64,000 nucleotides of DNA from a bacterium (GTDB lineage: Bacteria; Krumholzibacteriota; Krumholzibacteriia; G020349025): assembly GCA_031362565.1 (NCBI GenBank), contig JANLSU010000062.1, positions 1-64,000 on the forward strand. The letters run 5' to 3'. The notes under the pieces were generated by a model. That model had not been told where the DNA came from. It searched no databases and saw only the letters and a program-made list of their open reading frames with translations. Within the stretch, counting starts at the first letter, position 1. Each line of letters begins with the position of its first letter. Positions 7,548 through 16,753 of this stretch are shown one piece after another. The position numbers and the translations under genes are program-made.

Positions 7548-9320
7548 TCACTCCCCGGTGTAGATCAGCGTCGCTGCCGTGTAATCCTCGAGTAACTGGG
7601 GCAGGAAATCGTGCCGGAGCCGGAAGCAAATCCGTCCGGCCGCTTCGTCGTAGAACTTTGGACCGCCGGCCGGCGTAAAGCCCGTCGCATGGCAGGCCAA
7701 CAGCACATCGCGCCGGTAGTCCCAAAGCCGCACCTCGTCGGGTGTGATGAACAGCCCGAAGAGATCCCCGGCATAGCGATGCTTGGTGAATTGCTTCAGG
7801 AAGAGCGGACTCTCGTACGCCTCGGGTTCGCTATAGACGCGTTCGCGAATGAGGATGGCAAGTTGTGGCGGGTCGCCCGCCGGGCGTGGGCGCGCGACCC
7901 GCGGTGCGACGGTTTCGCCCCGCGCCCGGGCCAATGAATCGACGAGCGCCTGGGTCCACACCGGCATCGGTCCCTGGTACGGGCCGACGGAAACGACATA
8001 CTCGTCGCCCTCGTCATACATCTCGAAGGTCCATTTTTCCTGCGCATCGCGCCAACGCATCACCGGCTGATGGCCACGCGTTTCGGCGGGGACCACCTTG
8101 CATCCTGGGTTCATGGGCGCCGGTACGGCAGCGGCGCGGACGCGGACCCATTCCGTCAGCGCCGGGCCACTTTTCCCGGTCGCAACTTCGACGGCTTGGC
8201 GCATCGCTGCCGCATCGAATGCGGCGGCGCGCGCCGCTGAAGCGGAGAACTTGGCGTAGAAAGCCGGGAATTTTTCGCCCGTCATCTGGTCGAGCACCGC
8301 GCCGGCCCACGCCGCTGCGAGCGGTACAGCATTTTCAGGTTTCATGGCCGCAAAGGCTCGGGCATCGAGTACCGCGTCCAAATCGCCGGCCTTGGCGCCG
8401 AGCGCCGCGCCGCGCTGCAGAACGACGGTCTCTGCCCAATCGCCCCAGCCGCCCAGAACCGCGGCAGTGCCCTCCTCGAGCCAGGGCGCGGCATTCGGTC
8501 CGACGTTCCGCAGCGAAGCATGCAAGACCGCGCGCGCCACGCCGTTCAGATCCGCGTTGGCGAGTGACACGACGCGTTCACCGGCGAGCTGGTAGCCGGC
8601 CGGCCGCGAGCCCACCAGGGCGTGGACGTCTCCCGGCGTGTGACACAAGTAGTATTCGATCTTCAAGCGCTCGAGCCTGAGGCGGACGAGATCCGGCGTC
8701 GCGAGCCGCTTGAACATCTGCTCGACGCCCGCATCCAGCGACTCCACCGCATTCCGATTCACGTCGCGCAAGCGCATCGCATGCACGCGCACATAGCGGC
8801 CTTCCCGCAACGACCAATTGGCGGCGACTTTTTCGTACGGCGACGATACGCGCCAGCCATCGGGGGTTTTCGCTACGACGTAGGCCAGGCTGTCGGTCCG
8901 GGTGGTCTTGGCATTCGGCAGAAGCACCGTGTAATGCGCCCACGTCGCGTCGATGCTGCTATCGGCCACGGCAGGCGCCGTCTTGGGCGCGGCCGCGCGG
9001 TCTTCGGCGCTCCAGAGCAAGTTGTCGTCGAAACGCGCTTCGATGCCTTCGTACGTCGTGCCGAGCGCCGTACTGCGCCGCAGGTCGCCGGCATCCCAAA
9101 GCGCCTCGGCCGCGGTCACATCGCCGCGCCAGCGCGCTTCGAGGTAACGCCGCAGGACGTCGCGGGGCGCATCGGCGGCGGCCGCCGGGGAAACGAACTG
9201 CGTTCCCAGCGCCAAGCCCAAACCGCAACACCACAACGCGGCCGACGCAGTGAGCTTGCTATACTTCGCGCGCCGCACCGCGGCGGCCTGACCGGAATCA
9301 ATGCGACTCGACAAAACCAT
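7548..9320 (-). CDS. Secreted hypothetical protein with degenerate peptidase-MA-like region (start uncertain, 9314-9356)
   Basis: Signal peptide ...LALGTQFVSPAAAA; PWLEEGTA motif but no HExxH. Confidence 0.7.
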   Translation of the reverse strand: MVLSSRIDSGQAAAVRRAKYSKLTASAALWCCGLGLALGTQFVSPAAAADAPRDVLRRYLEARWRGDVTAAEALWDAGDLRRSTALGTTYEGIEARFDDNLLWSAEDRAAAPKTAPAVADSSIDATWAHYTVLLPNAKTTRTDSLAYVVAKTPDGWRVSSPYEKVAANWSLREGRYVRVHAMRLRDVNRNAVESLDAGVEQMFKRLATPDLVRLRLERLKIEYYLCHTPGDVHALVGSRPAGYQLAGERVVSLANADLNGVARAVLHASLRNVGPNAAPWLEEGTAAVLGGWGDWAETVVLQRGAALGAKAGDLDAVLDARAFAAMKPENAVPLAAAWAGAVLDQMTGEKFPAFYAKFSASAARAAAFDAAAMRQAVEVATGKSGPALTEWVRVRAAAVPAPMNPGCKVVPAETRGHQPVMRWRDAQEKWTFEMYDEGDEYVVSVGPYQGPMPVWTQALVDSLARARGETVAPRVARPRPAGDPPQLAILIRERVYSEPEAYESPLFLKQFTKHRYAGDLFGLFITPDEVRLWDYRRDVLLACHATGFTPAGGPKFYDEAAGRICFRLRHDFLPQLLEDYTAATLIYTGE

Positions 9321-9412
9321 CCTCCGGGAAACAGTGACCGGGCGACACGTTAACATGCCTTCTTGGTTCGTGACCACGCACCGGACGCGAACCAACGGTT
9401 GGAGCCACGGCG

Positions 9413-10216
9413 ATGCTCACCGACACCCACGTGCATCTCCAGAGCCCGCAATTTGCGGGCGACGGCGATGCCGTGTTGGAGCGGGCGCGCGCCGCCGGCG
9501 TCGGGCGCTTTCTCTGCGCCGGTTACGACCTGGAGTCGAGCCGGGCGGCGCTCGATTTCGCCGCCCGCCACACCGACGTGCTGGCAGCGGTGGGTGTGCA
9601 TCCCCACGATGCCAAGACCTGGGACGCGGCACTCGAAACCGAAGTCGACGCCGCGCTTGCCAGCCGCCGCGCGGTGGCGGCGGGTGAGATGGGCCTCGAC
9701 TACTACTACGACCACTCGCCGCGCGACGTGCAACGCGACGTCTTGTGCCGCCAGCTGCGCCTCGCGCGCCGTCATGGCGTGCCGGCTGTGCTGCACAACC
9801 GGGACTCCGACGACGACATGGCGGCGATCTTGGAGGCCGAAGCCCCGGGGCTCACTGCCGTCCTGCACGCCTTCAACGGTGCACCGCGCCTCATCGAGAC
9901 CGGAATCCGCATGGGGTTGTTCTTCGGCATCGGCGGTTTCCTGACATTCAAAAATCATCCTCTGGCGGCCTGTGTGCGCGACCTGCCGCGTGCTTCATTG
10001 CTGCTTGAAACCGACGCGCCGTATTTGGCGCCGCATCCTTTACGCGGTAAGCGCAACGAATCCGCCTTCATCCCGCACATCGCCGCACGGCTCGCCACGC
10101 TCCTCGAAACGAGCCCCGAGGATGTCGCGGCATTCACCACCCGCAACTTCGAACGCTTCCTGGGCGAAAACCAACCAGCGCCGCCGCCGGGTCGAGACCT
10201 GCCGCGCACCGGCTGA
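9413..10216 (+). CDS. tatD: TatD family hydrolase
   Basis: DTHVH, GVHPH, GEMGLDYY, ETDAPYL motifs. Confidence 0.95.
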   Translation: MLTDTHVHLQSPQFAGDGDAVLERARAAGVGRFLCAGYDLESSRAALDFAARHTDVLAAVGVHPHDAKTWDAALETEVDAALASRRAVAAGEMGLDYYYDHSPRDVQRDVLCRQLRLARRHGVPAVLHNRDSDDDMAAILEAEAPGLTAVLHAFNGAPRLIETGIRMGLFFGIGGFLTFKNHPLAACVRDLPRASLLLETDAPYLAPHPLRGKRNESAFIPHIAARLATLLETSPEDVAAFTTRNFERFLGENQPAPPPGRDLPRTG

Positions 10217-10400
10217 CTGCCGTCGCGCCGGCCCACGGTTCGCCGCCCGCTGCGGGGGCGCGATTGACCCCCTTAGGGCCCCGGTGATACCTTGAAGACA
10301 CGCCTGCGTACACGGAGGTTCCCCTCCTCTGCTGCTCGCGCCGTCCGACGTTTCGCAAACGGCCCCGCGATTGCCGGCTGTGGCTCGGCACGGACATCTC

Positions 10401-11273
10401 ATGATGAATCCCGTCCTCGAGCGCTTGCAGCGCTACGCGCTGCGGCCTCGCAAGGAACTCGGGCAGCATTTCCTCGTCGAGCCGCATACGCTCGAGCGGC
10501 TGGCGGATGCCATTGGCGCCGGTGCGGGCGACACGGTGCTGGAATTCGGTGCCGGGGTGGGGGTCCTGACCGAACTGTTGCTCATGCGCGGCGCGCGTGT
10601 CGTGGCCGTCGAGCTCGACGATGCGCTGGCGGACCTCTTGCAGCAGGAACTCGGCGGGTACGCCGGATTCCGGCTCATCCGCGGCGACCTGACGCAGGTT
10701 TCGGCACCGGCGCTGTGTGCGGAACTCGGCATCTCACGGTTGAAGCTCGCCGGCAATTTGCCGTACCAGCTCACCAGCCACGTCCTTTTTTCGGTGCTCG
10801 ATTTGGAAGAGGGGCTTGCCGATGCGACATTCATGGTGCAGCGCGAGGTTGCCGAGCGCATCGTGTCGCCGCCGGGATCGCGCGACTACGGCATCTTGAG
10901 CGTGTTGTTGCACGCCTACCACGATGTCGAACTGGTGCTGCGAGTGAAGGCCGGTGCCTTCGTGCCACCGCCGCGCGTCGAATCGGCGGTGCTGCACATC
11001 GTGCCGCGGCGGCAAGGCCCGGCGCTCGGCTGGAGTGAACGCCCGGCGCTGGTGCGCTTGGTGAAGAGCACGTTCAACGAACGGCGCAAGGTGTTGCGGA
11101 ATACGCTCAAGAAATTCTATGGGCTCGATGCGGCGGCGGTGACGGCGCTCGAAAGTGCCAGCCGTCTCGATCTCGGGCGGCGGCCCGAAACACTCTCGGT
11201 CGACGAATTCGTCCGGTTGCTGCACGCGATGCCCCCGGTCGCGTTGCAGCCGAACCGCGAGGTCGGGCAATGA
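10401..11273 (+). CDS. rsmA: 16S rRNA (A1518/A1519) dimethyltransferase
   Basis: LGQHFL, LEFGAGVGVLT, GNLPY, MVQREVAERI, F.PPPRVESAV. Confidence 0.95.
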   Translation: MMNPVLERLQRYALRPRKELGQHFLVEPHTLERLADAIGAGAGDTVLEFGAGVGVLTELLLMRGARVVAVELDDALADLLQQELGGYAGFRLIRGDLTQVSAPALCAELGISRLKLAGNLPYQLTSHVLFSVLDLEEGLADATFMVQREVAERIVSPPGSRDYGILSVLLHAYHDVELVLRVKAGAFVPPPRVESAVLHIVPRRQGPALGWSERPALVRLVKSTFNERRKVLRNTLKKFYGLDAAAVTALESASRLDLGRRPETLSVDEFVRLLHAMPPVALQPNREVGQ

Positions 11274-13705
11274 GGGCACGCAGTGCAGCCCGTGGTGTGA
11301 TGTGGGCGCTCGTGCTTTGCGTGACCGCGAAGCCGGCAGCGGGTTTCTGGCCGCTGACGAGCGAGTTCGTGCCGGCAACACGCGATACGGCTGCCGACAC
11401 GCGGCTCGACAAGCGATTCCATTTGTTCGAGGCCGGCAAGCCCGAGCAACAGTTCGTGCCATTCGCGGCGCCCACCGCTCCAATGCGCTCGTCAGCGGGC
11501 GTCGGAGCCCCAGCGAGTGCGGACAGCACGACACGCGCTGCAAATTCCGACAGCACGCGGCTGGCGGCACCCACTGATAGCACTGCGGTGGCTGCAAGCG
11601 TGGACAGCGTCACACAGGCCGCCAGAGACAGCTTGGCGAACGCCAGCACGACGCCGGGCTCGAATGGCACGGGTGGAACTGTCGGCACGGGTACGGGCAC
11701 TGGCGCTGGCACCCCGGGCGCCGGCGTGGCCGCGAGCGCCGCGGCTGCTGCTGCCGCTCAGATGATGGCCCAGCGTGGTTATGCGCCGGATTTTACTTCC
11801 AGCATCACGATGTCGAACGACCGTCAGACGCTCAATTCCAACCTCACGTCGGGTTTCACCGACGCGTCGGGGGTCGTGCTCAGTAACAGTCTCGGCTACG
11901 ACGACGACGTCACGCGCACGCAAAAGATCGAAACCCAGACCTATCGCATGACCAACAATCTGTCGGTGCCGCTCAAAAGGCGTGGCTTGAGTGCGAATGC
12001 CTCGACGATGAACCTCCGGTCGAATACCACCGGCCAGAAGGCGATCAACGGCAACCCGTTGTCGGTTCATGGAGAGATCAAGAGCGCCGTCGCGGGGCTC
12101 GTGTTGTCGCGCCGTCTCACGACTCTGCCCGGTGGGCGGGCGCTACGGCCGCTTTTCCTGGGGTGGTCGGCCAACACCGGCTACAACCGCTCCGCGGATG
12201 TGAATGCCACGAATCGCACCACGACGAATGTCGCCGGTTCGAGCCGGACGAAACACCGCGGCCAAAGCGACAACTGGGGCGTCGGCGTGTCGTTCGACCG
12301 CTGGAACTGGATGACCGCCTCGAGCCGCTATGGCAACCTGCGCCGCGCCAACAAGGACCAAATCGTCAACTTCGTGCGCGCCGACAGCGCCGACGTACTC
12401 GACCAAAACTCGACGTCCAAGGGCGACACCGCGACCGTCGACGTGTCGATGACGAAGCTGGGTGGCTGGGCGCAGTCGGTGACCTTGAACTTCCGCAGCG
12501 CCAACGGCAGCGACACGCATCCGGATCAAGCCCGGACGTCGTCGGGGGCGCAAACGGGTGCACTCTACACTTTTGAAACCGTGACCACTTTCAGCCAGTC
12601 GTTCAACGCCAAGGCGCAACTCACGCCCTGGACCCGCTATAGCGCGACCGTGACGGTGAACGCTTCGCGCGATTCGACGACCTACGCGACGCGCTCGCTA
12701 GGCTTCAACGACACGAAACGCGCCGGCTGGAAGCTCGAATCGAAGCTCCTGCTTTGGAAAGACACGTCGCTGAGCATGAACTACGAGTCGAACGCGACGG
12801 ACGCGAACCTGGACGGTATCGAACGCACCGGCCCCGACACCGGCCGGCGGAAGATCAACACGACAACCCGCGGCGAGGAGGGCCGCAAGCTCTATACCGA
12901 GTTCAATACCATCTTCACGCCGACCATGCGCATCCGCGCCTTCGCGGAGATTCAGCTCGACCAGTCGTTCTACAAACACCCGGTGGTCGGCCAGGGGCTC
13001 GGCGATGCCGATCTATTCCGCACCCGCGCCGGGATCGATTTAACCGGTAACATGTCGAAGACGGTCATGGCACAGGTTACCGCCTATGTCCGCACGTACG
13101 ACCAGGCGTTCATCGACCCGTTGCGCTCGGCGAGCACCACCAACGAGATCGAGTACGTCGTCTGGCCGGGCTACACCTGGCAGTTGGATCCCCGGGTCGG
13201 AATCGAGCAACGGTTTGGGCTGTCTTCGAAGGTCCTGGACAACGTTTTCGACCCGTCGCGCAGCACCTTGAACCGCAATCATTTCATGAAGACGTACATG
13301 CGGACCCAAATGACCAAACGCTTGCATCTCGACTTGAGCTACGAATACGGCCTGCAAGACAACGGCTCGTACACGAGCCTCGACGGGGTGGGGCCGCGGT
13401 TGTTCGGTGCCCAGGCGCGCACGAAGACCGACCAGATCGGGGTCGCCATGCGCTACGATCTCATCAGCGGCGACAAGCTGTCGTTCGTCTCGGACCAGTA
13501 TTCGCGCCGCACCTACCGTTTTGGGTTCAACGGCCGGCCACCGGAGATCACCGAGGCGGGCAATCTCGCGCTCGGCGTGCGGTCGAAGTTGCAGATCGGC
13601 GGCTTGTCACTGGACAGCAGCATCAAGCGCAACCAGAACAAAGGGTTCGCGGGGAACGACAAGGTGTTTTACAATGCCGACACCAAACTTTCGTATACGT
13701 TCTGA
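11270..13705 (+). CDS. Large outer-membrane beta-barrel-like protein
   Basis: Signal peptide, low-complexity Ala/Thr/Gly linker, alternating beta-strand pattern, C-terminal KLSYTF; ATGA overlap with rsmA. Confidence 0.75.
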   Translation: MRARSAARGVMWALVLCVTAKPAAGFWPLTSEFVPATRDTAADTRLDKRFHLFEAGKPEQQFVPFAAPTAPMRSSAGVGAPASADSTTRAANSDSTRLAAPTDSTAVAASVDSVTQAARDSLANASTTPGSNGTGGTVGTGTGTGAGTPGAGVAASAAAAAAAQMMAQRGYAPDFTSSITMSNDRQTLNSNLTSGFTDASGVVLSNSLGYDDDVTRTQKIETQTYRMTNNLSVPLKRRGLSANASTMNLRSNTTGQKAINGNPLSVHGEIKSAVAGLVLSRRLTTLPGGRALRPLFLGWSANTGYNRSADVNATNRTTTNVAGSSRTKHRGQSDNWGVGVSFDRWNWMTASSRYGNLRRANKDQIVNFVRADSADVLDQNSTSKGDTATVDVSMTKLGGWAQSVTLNFRSANGSDTHPDQARTSSGAQTGALYTFETVTTFSQSFNAKAQLTPWTRYSATVTVNASRDSTTYATRSLGFNDTKRAGWKLESKLLLWKDTSLSMNYESNATDANLDGIERTGPDTGRRKINTTTRGEEGRKLYTEFNTIFTPTMRIRAFAEIQLDQSFYKHPVVGQGLGDADLFRTRAGIDLTGNMSKTVMAQVTAYVRTYDQAFIDPLRSASTTNEIEYVVWPGYTWQLDPRVGIEQRFGLSSKVLDNVFDPSRSTLNRNHFMKTYMRTQMTKRLHLDLSYEYGLQDNGSYTSLDGVGPRLFGAQARTKTDQIGVAMRYDLISGDKLSFVSDQYSRRTYRFGFNGRPPEITEAGNLALGVRSKLQIGGLSLDSSIKRNQNKGFAGNDKVFYNADTKLSYTF

Positions 13706-14369
13706 CGGCCAAGCGCAGCGCAACGCGTTTGGGCCGCTCGGACGGTGGATTCTGGGGCTCGCGTGCGGGGCCGTGATCGTCGCGCTCGGTTGCCCGTTTA
13801 CGCCGCGCGACGCCCCGCCGCCGATCGTAGTCGACCCCTTGTGTAGCGGCGGCTTTACGGTGGCACTCTCCGACTCGCTGCTGCGCGACAACATCAAGCG
13901 CGCCTTCAACTGCCGGCTCATCAGCCAGGACTACCAGCCGAGTCTGGCGGCGGATTTTAGTTACCTGGGCGACCCGACGGTGGACCCGAGCGCCTTCGTC
14001 GGCTGGGGCGTGGATCAGGAGGTCTTGGCGTTCCAGAACGCGCTCAACGAAGTGCCACGGCCTACCAGTGTTTCCATGCGGTTCGACCGCTTTCACAGCA
14101 CCGGGCACGCTGGAACCGACCCCGAAACGACGCGATATGAAGTACAATATGTGATGCAGTTGGGGTTCGCCGACCACACGGAGCGATACGGCGGCTGCGC
14201 GAACTGGGACTTGGCAGGGATTTCGCAGAATGCCGTGACGTTGAAGCGTTGGGAGGACGTCGCCCGGCTGGGTGACGGGACGTGCCCCGCATCGGTCAAC
14301 GGCCCGATCGACGGGTCTCTCGCCCAACTGCGCTTCAATCGAAGGGGGTTCGCAAAGGCCACTCGGTAA
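13674..14369 (+). CDS. Putative lipoprotein (NTF2-like; start uncertain)
   Basis: Lipobox ALGC followed by PFTPRD; WG..QE and WED motifs shared with the next gene. Confidence 0.7.
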   Translation: MPTPNFRIRSDGQAQRNAFGPLGRWILGLACGAVIVALGCPFTPRDAPPPIVVDPLCSGGFTVALSDSLLRDNIKRAFNCRLISQDYQPSLAADFSYLGDPTVDPSAFVGWGVDQEVLAFQNALNEVPRPTSVSMRFDRFHSTGHAGTDPETTRYEVQYVMQLGFADHTERYGGCANWDLAGISQNAVTLKRWEDVARLGDGTCPASVNGPIDGSLAQLRFNRRGFAKATR

Positions 14370-14473
14370 CGCGCCCATCCCGTCTGGAGCCACCGTGAAT
14401 CGTGGAACTCCAAAAAGGGCAATCATTTAGGAGCTGTCCGTGCCGGGCGCCCTCGGGTCCTTTCCCGAGGTTC

Positions 14474-14489
14474 TGGCCTGTGCTATGCT
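14474..14489 (+). promoter_or_regulatory. sigma54-type promoter
   Basis: TGGCCTGTGCTATGCT (GG-N10-GC). Confidence 0.5.
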
Positions 14490-14526
14490 TATTAGAGCCC
14501 GTTTCCGCTCCTGGAGGAGATTGCCC

Positions 14527-15183
14527 ATGTCCCGCTTGCGGAGTTCACTCACCCCCGTGATTCTTACAGTTGCCGTGCTCGGCACCGCACTCTCCGGGTG
14601 TATTTTCAGTCCGGACCCGAAGACTACGCCACAGGACCCCGGTTACACGCCGGCGAAGAGTGAGGCCGAACTGATCGGCCAGCTGAAGACCGCGTACCAG
14701 AAACGCGACTTCGACACCTTCACGAAACTCTTCCACCCAGACTATCAATTCTTCCTGAACGTCGCCCAGCCAGACGGCACCACGAGTTGGGGTTTGACGG
14801 AAGAGCTGCGCATTCACCGCCGCATGTTCCGTCCGGAAGACGTACAGCCGGGGGAGACTCCGGTGACGCAGGACCTGTACCTCGTGAGCGTCGACATCAC
14901 GCTTACGGCGCGCGACGCGTTCCAGGATGCCGGGGTGTACTACTTGAACCCCTCGAATCCGACGGGCTTCCCGCGCGAGAACTTCACCGTGACGCAGACC
15001 GACTACGCTGCGTCGGTGTTCTTCCAGACCCAAGGTGAAACGCAGTACCGCGTCGACGGTGCAGCCAATTTCGTGGTCGTGAACGACCTCTCGAAGACGG
15101 TCGGCCAAGACGGCAAGTTCCTCATCTATCGCTGGGAAGACCTGGGCGGTCCAACCGCGAAGCCGAGCGTTCCGGCGCTCTGA
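14527..15183 (+). CDS. Putative lipoprotein (NTF2-like)
   Basis: GGAGG RBS; lipobox LSGC; YQKRDFDTFTKLFHPDYQF...WGLTEE...YRWED. Confidence 0.8.
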   Translation: MSRLRSSLTPVILTVAVLGTALSGCIFSPDPKTTPQDPGYTPAKSEAELIGQLKTAYQKRDFDTFTKLFHPDYQFFLNVAQPDGTTSWGLTEELRIHRRMFRPEDVQPGETPVTQDLYLVSVDITLTARDAFQDAGVYYLNPSNPTGFPRENFTVTQTDYAASVFFQTQGETQYRVDGAANFVVVNDLSKTVGQDGKFLIYRWEDLGGPTAKPSVPAL

Positions 15184-15276
15184 CCCGCATCGAGCGTTGA
15201 CAAGCCTCCTCCGCGGAGCGAATCTCCGCGCACCGGCCACGCCACGAGCGTGGCCGGTCGCGTCTAGGAGGGTCGG

Positions 15277-16473
15277 GTGGCGGCTCGGAGGAAAGCACGG
15301 TCCGGCGCCGTGGGATCCCGCGGTTTCTGGTTCGTGGTCGTACTGCTCGCCGCCACCACCGTGGCTCTCCGGCTTTGGACGTCCGACCGCGGGCAAGCCT
15401 TCATGGTGCAGCGAGGGATCACCCGCCATTTCCTGCCGGAGCTCGGCACCCGGCTCGACGTAGCGCTGGCGCGCTCGTTCATCGACATGGGGCTCTTGCG
15501 CGGCGACTTGAAGGCGCGCGTCGTCACCGAAGGCAAGCAGCGCGTCCGCGAGTACGTCTTTACGGCGCCAGGGCATCTGACGCCGACGCAATGCCAGCTC
15601 GAGCTGCGGCGCGCGGCCGCAGGCGTCAACGGCGGCATCGTGCGCGCCGAGCAACGCCACGAAAAAGGCGAACAGCTGGTGCTCTTGCTGGGCTTCGGGC
15701 GCGCCATCACCCACCGCGTCGTCATTCGCCCCGCGCCGCCGCCGCGCGTCGCGCAAGTCCGCGGCCACGGACCGCGCATCGCGCTCATCATCGACGATCT
15801 CGGCAACAACATGAACGACACGGCGCGCGGCTTCCTGGACTTGCAAGTGCCGGTGACGCTGGCCGTCTTGCCCGATGTGTCGAAGAGCGACGAGATGTTC
15901 GAAGCCGCGGCAAAACACGAGATTCCGACTCTCCTGCACCTGCCGATGGAGCCGGAGGGCGGCCAGGATCCCGGCAAACACGCGATTCGCGTCGGTATGT
16001 CCGCCGAGGACATCGACGACGTCGTCGACCATCACCTGCGGCGCTACAAGACCTTCATCGGCGTTAACAATCATATGGGTTCGCGCGCCACCGCCGACCG
16101 CACCACGATGCGCGGTCTCATGAATGCGCTGCACAAACGCGATCTGGTGTTCGTGGACAGCCAGACCACACCGCACAGTGTGGGCCGCGAAACCGGGCGC
16201 GCCGCCGAGGTGTGGTGTCTCGCCAACGACCTCTTTCTGGACGACAAGGCGGAGCCCGCCGACGTCGTGTCGGCCAACCTGCTGCGGCTCGCCGGCCTGG
16301 CGCGGAAACGCGGCCTCGCGGTCGGCATCGCCCATCCGCACCCCGAGACCCTCAAGGCGCTCCAGGCGCTTCTGCCACGGCTGGCCGCCGAGGGCATCGA
16401 GTTCGTGACCATCGATGCGCTCCGGCCACACGGCAAGACGACGGCGGAAGCGGCCTCGACCCCGCCCCGGTGA
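15277..16473 (+). CDS. Divergent polysaccharide deacetylase family protein (YibQ-like)
   Basis: IALIIDDLG, LLHLPMEP, GVNNHMGS, FVDSQT, GIAHPHPET. Confidence 0.92.
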   Translation: MAARRKARSGAVGSRGFWFVVVLLAATTVALRLWTSDRGQAFMVQRGITRHFLPELGTRLDVALARSFIDMGLLRGDLKARVVTEGKQRVREYVFTAPGHLTPTQCQLELRRAAAGVNGGIVRAEQRHEKGEQLVLLLGFGRAITHRVVIRPAPPPRVAQVRGHGPRIALIIDDLGNNMNDTARGFLDLQVPVTLAVLPDVSKSDEMFEAAAKHEIPTLLHLPMEPEGGQDPGKHAIRVGMSAEDIDDVVDHHLRRYKTFIGVNNHMGSRATADRTTMRGLMNALHKRDLVFVDSQTTPHSVGRETGRAAEVWCLANDLFLDDKAEPADVVSANLLRLAGLARKRGLAVGIAHPHPETLKALQALLPRLAAEGIEFVTIDALRPHGKTTAEAASTPPR

Positions 16474-16553
16474 CCGGGCCGCCGGAGGCTCGGCCCGGCG
16501 CCTGGGTCAGGCCTGCTGCAAGGCTGGATCCGGCCGCGGACGTGCCCCTCGGC

Positions 16554-16581
16554 TTGACACCCCGGCGCCACGGTCTATAAT
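16554..16581 (+). promoter_or_regulatory. Consensus sigma70 promoter upstream of secD
   Basis: TTGACA-N16-TATAAT. Confidence 0.75.
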
Positions 16582-16753
16582 CGGCGTCCTTGTGGTTTCT
16601 GGCCGGGCGCGCAGACAAGCGATGCGGAACTTTGGATGTTCCGCTCCTGCCTCTCTTCGACCCACGCGACGACGGCAAATCCACGTTGATCCGGCCACCG
16701 GGCCGTGGTGAACCGGCCCGGCTCTTCGGTGCGCGCCGGCTTGGAAAGGGATC

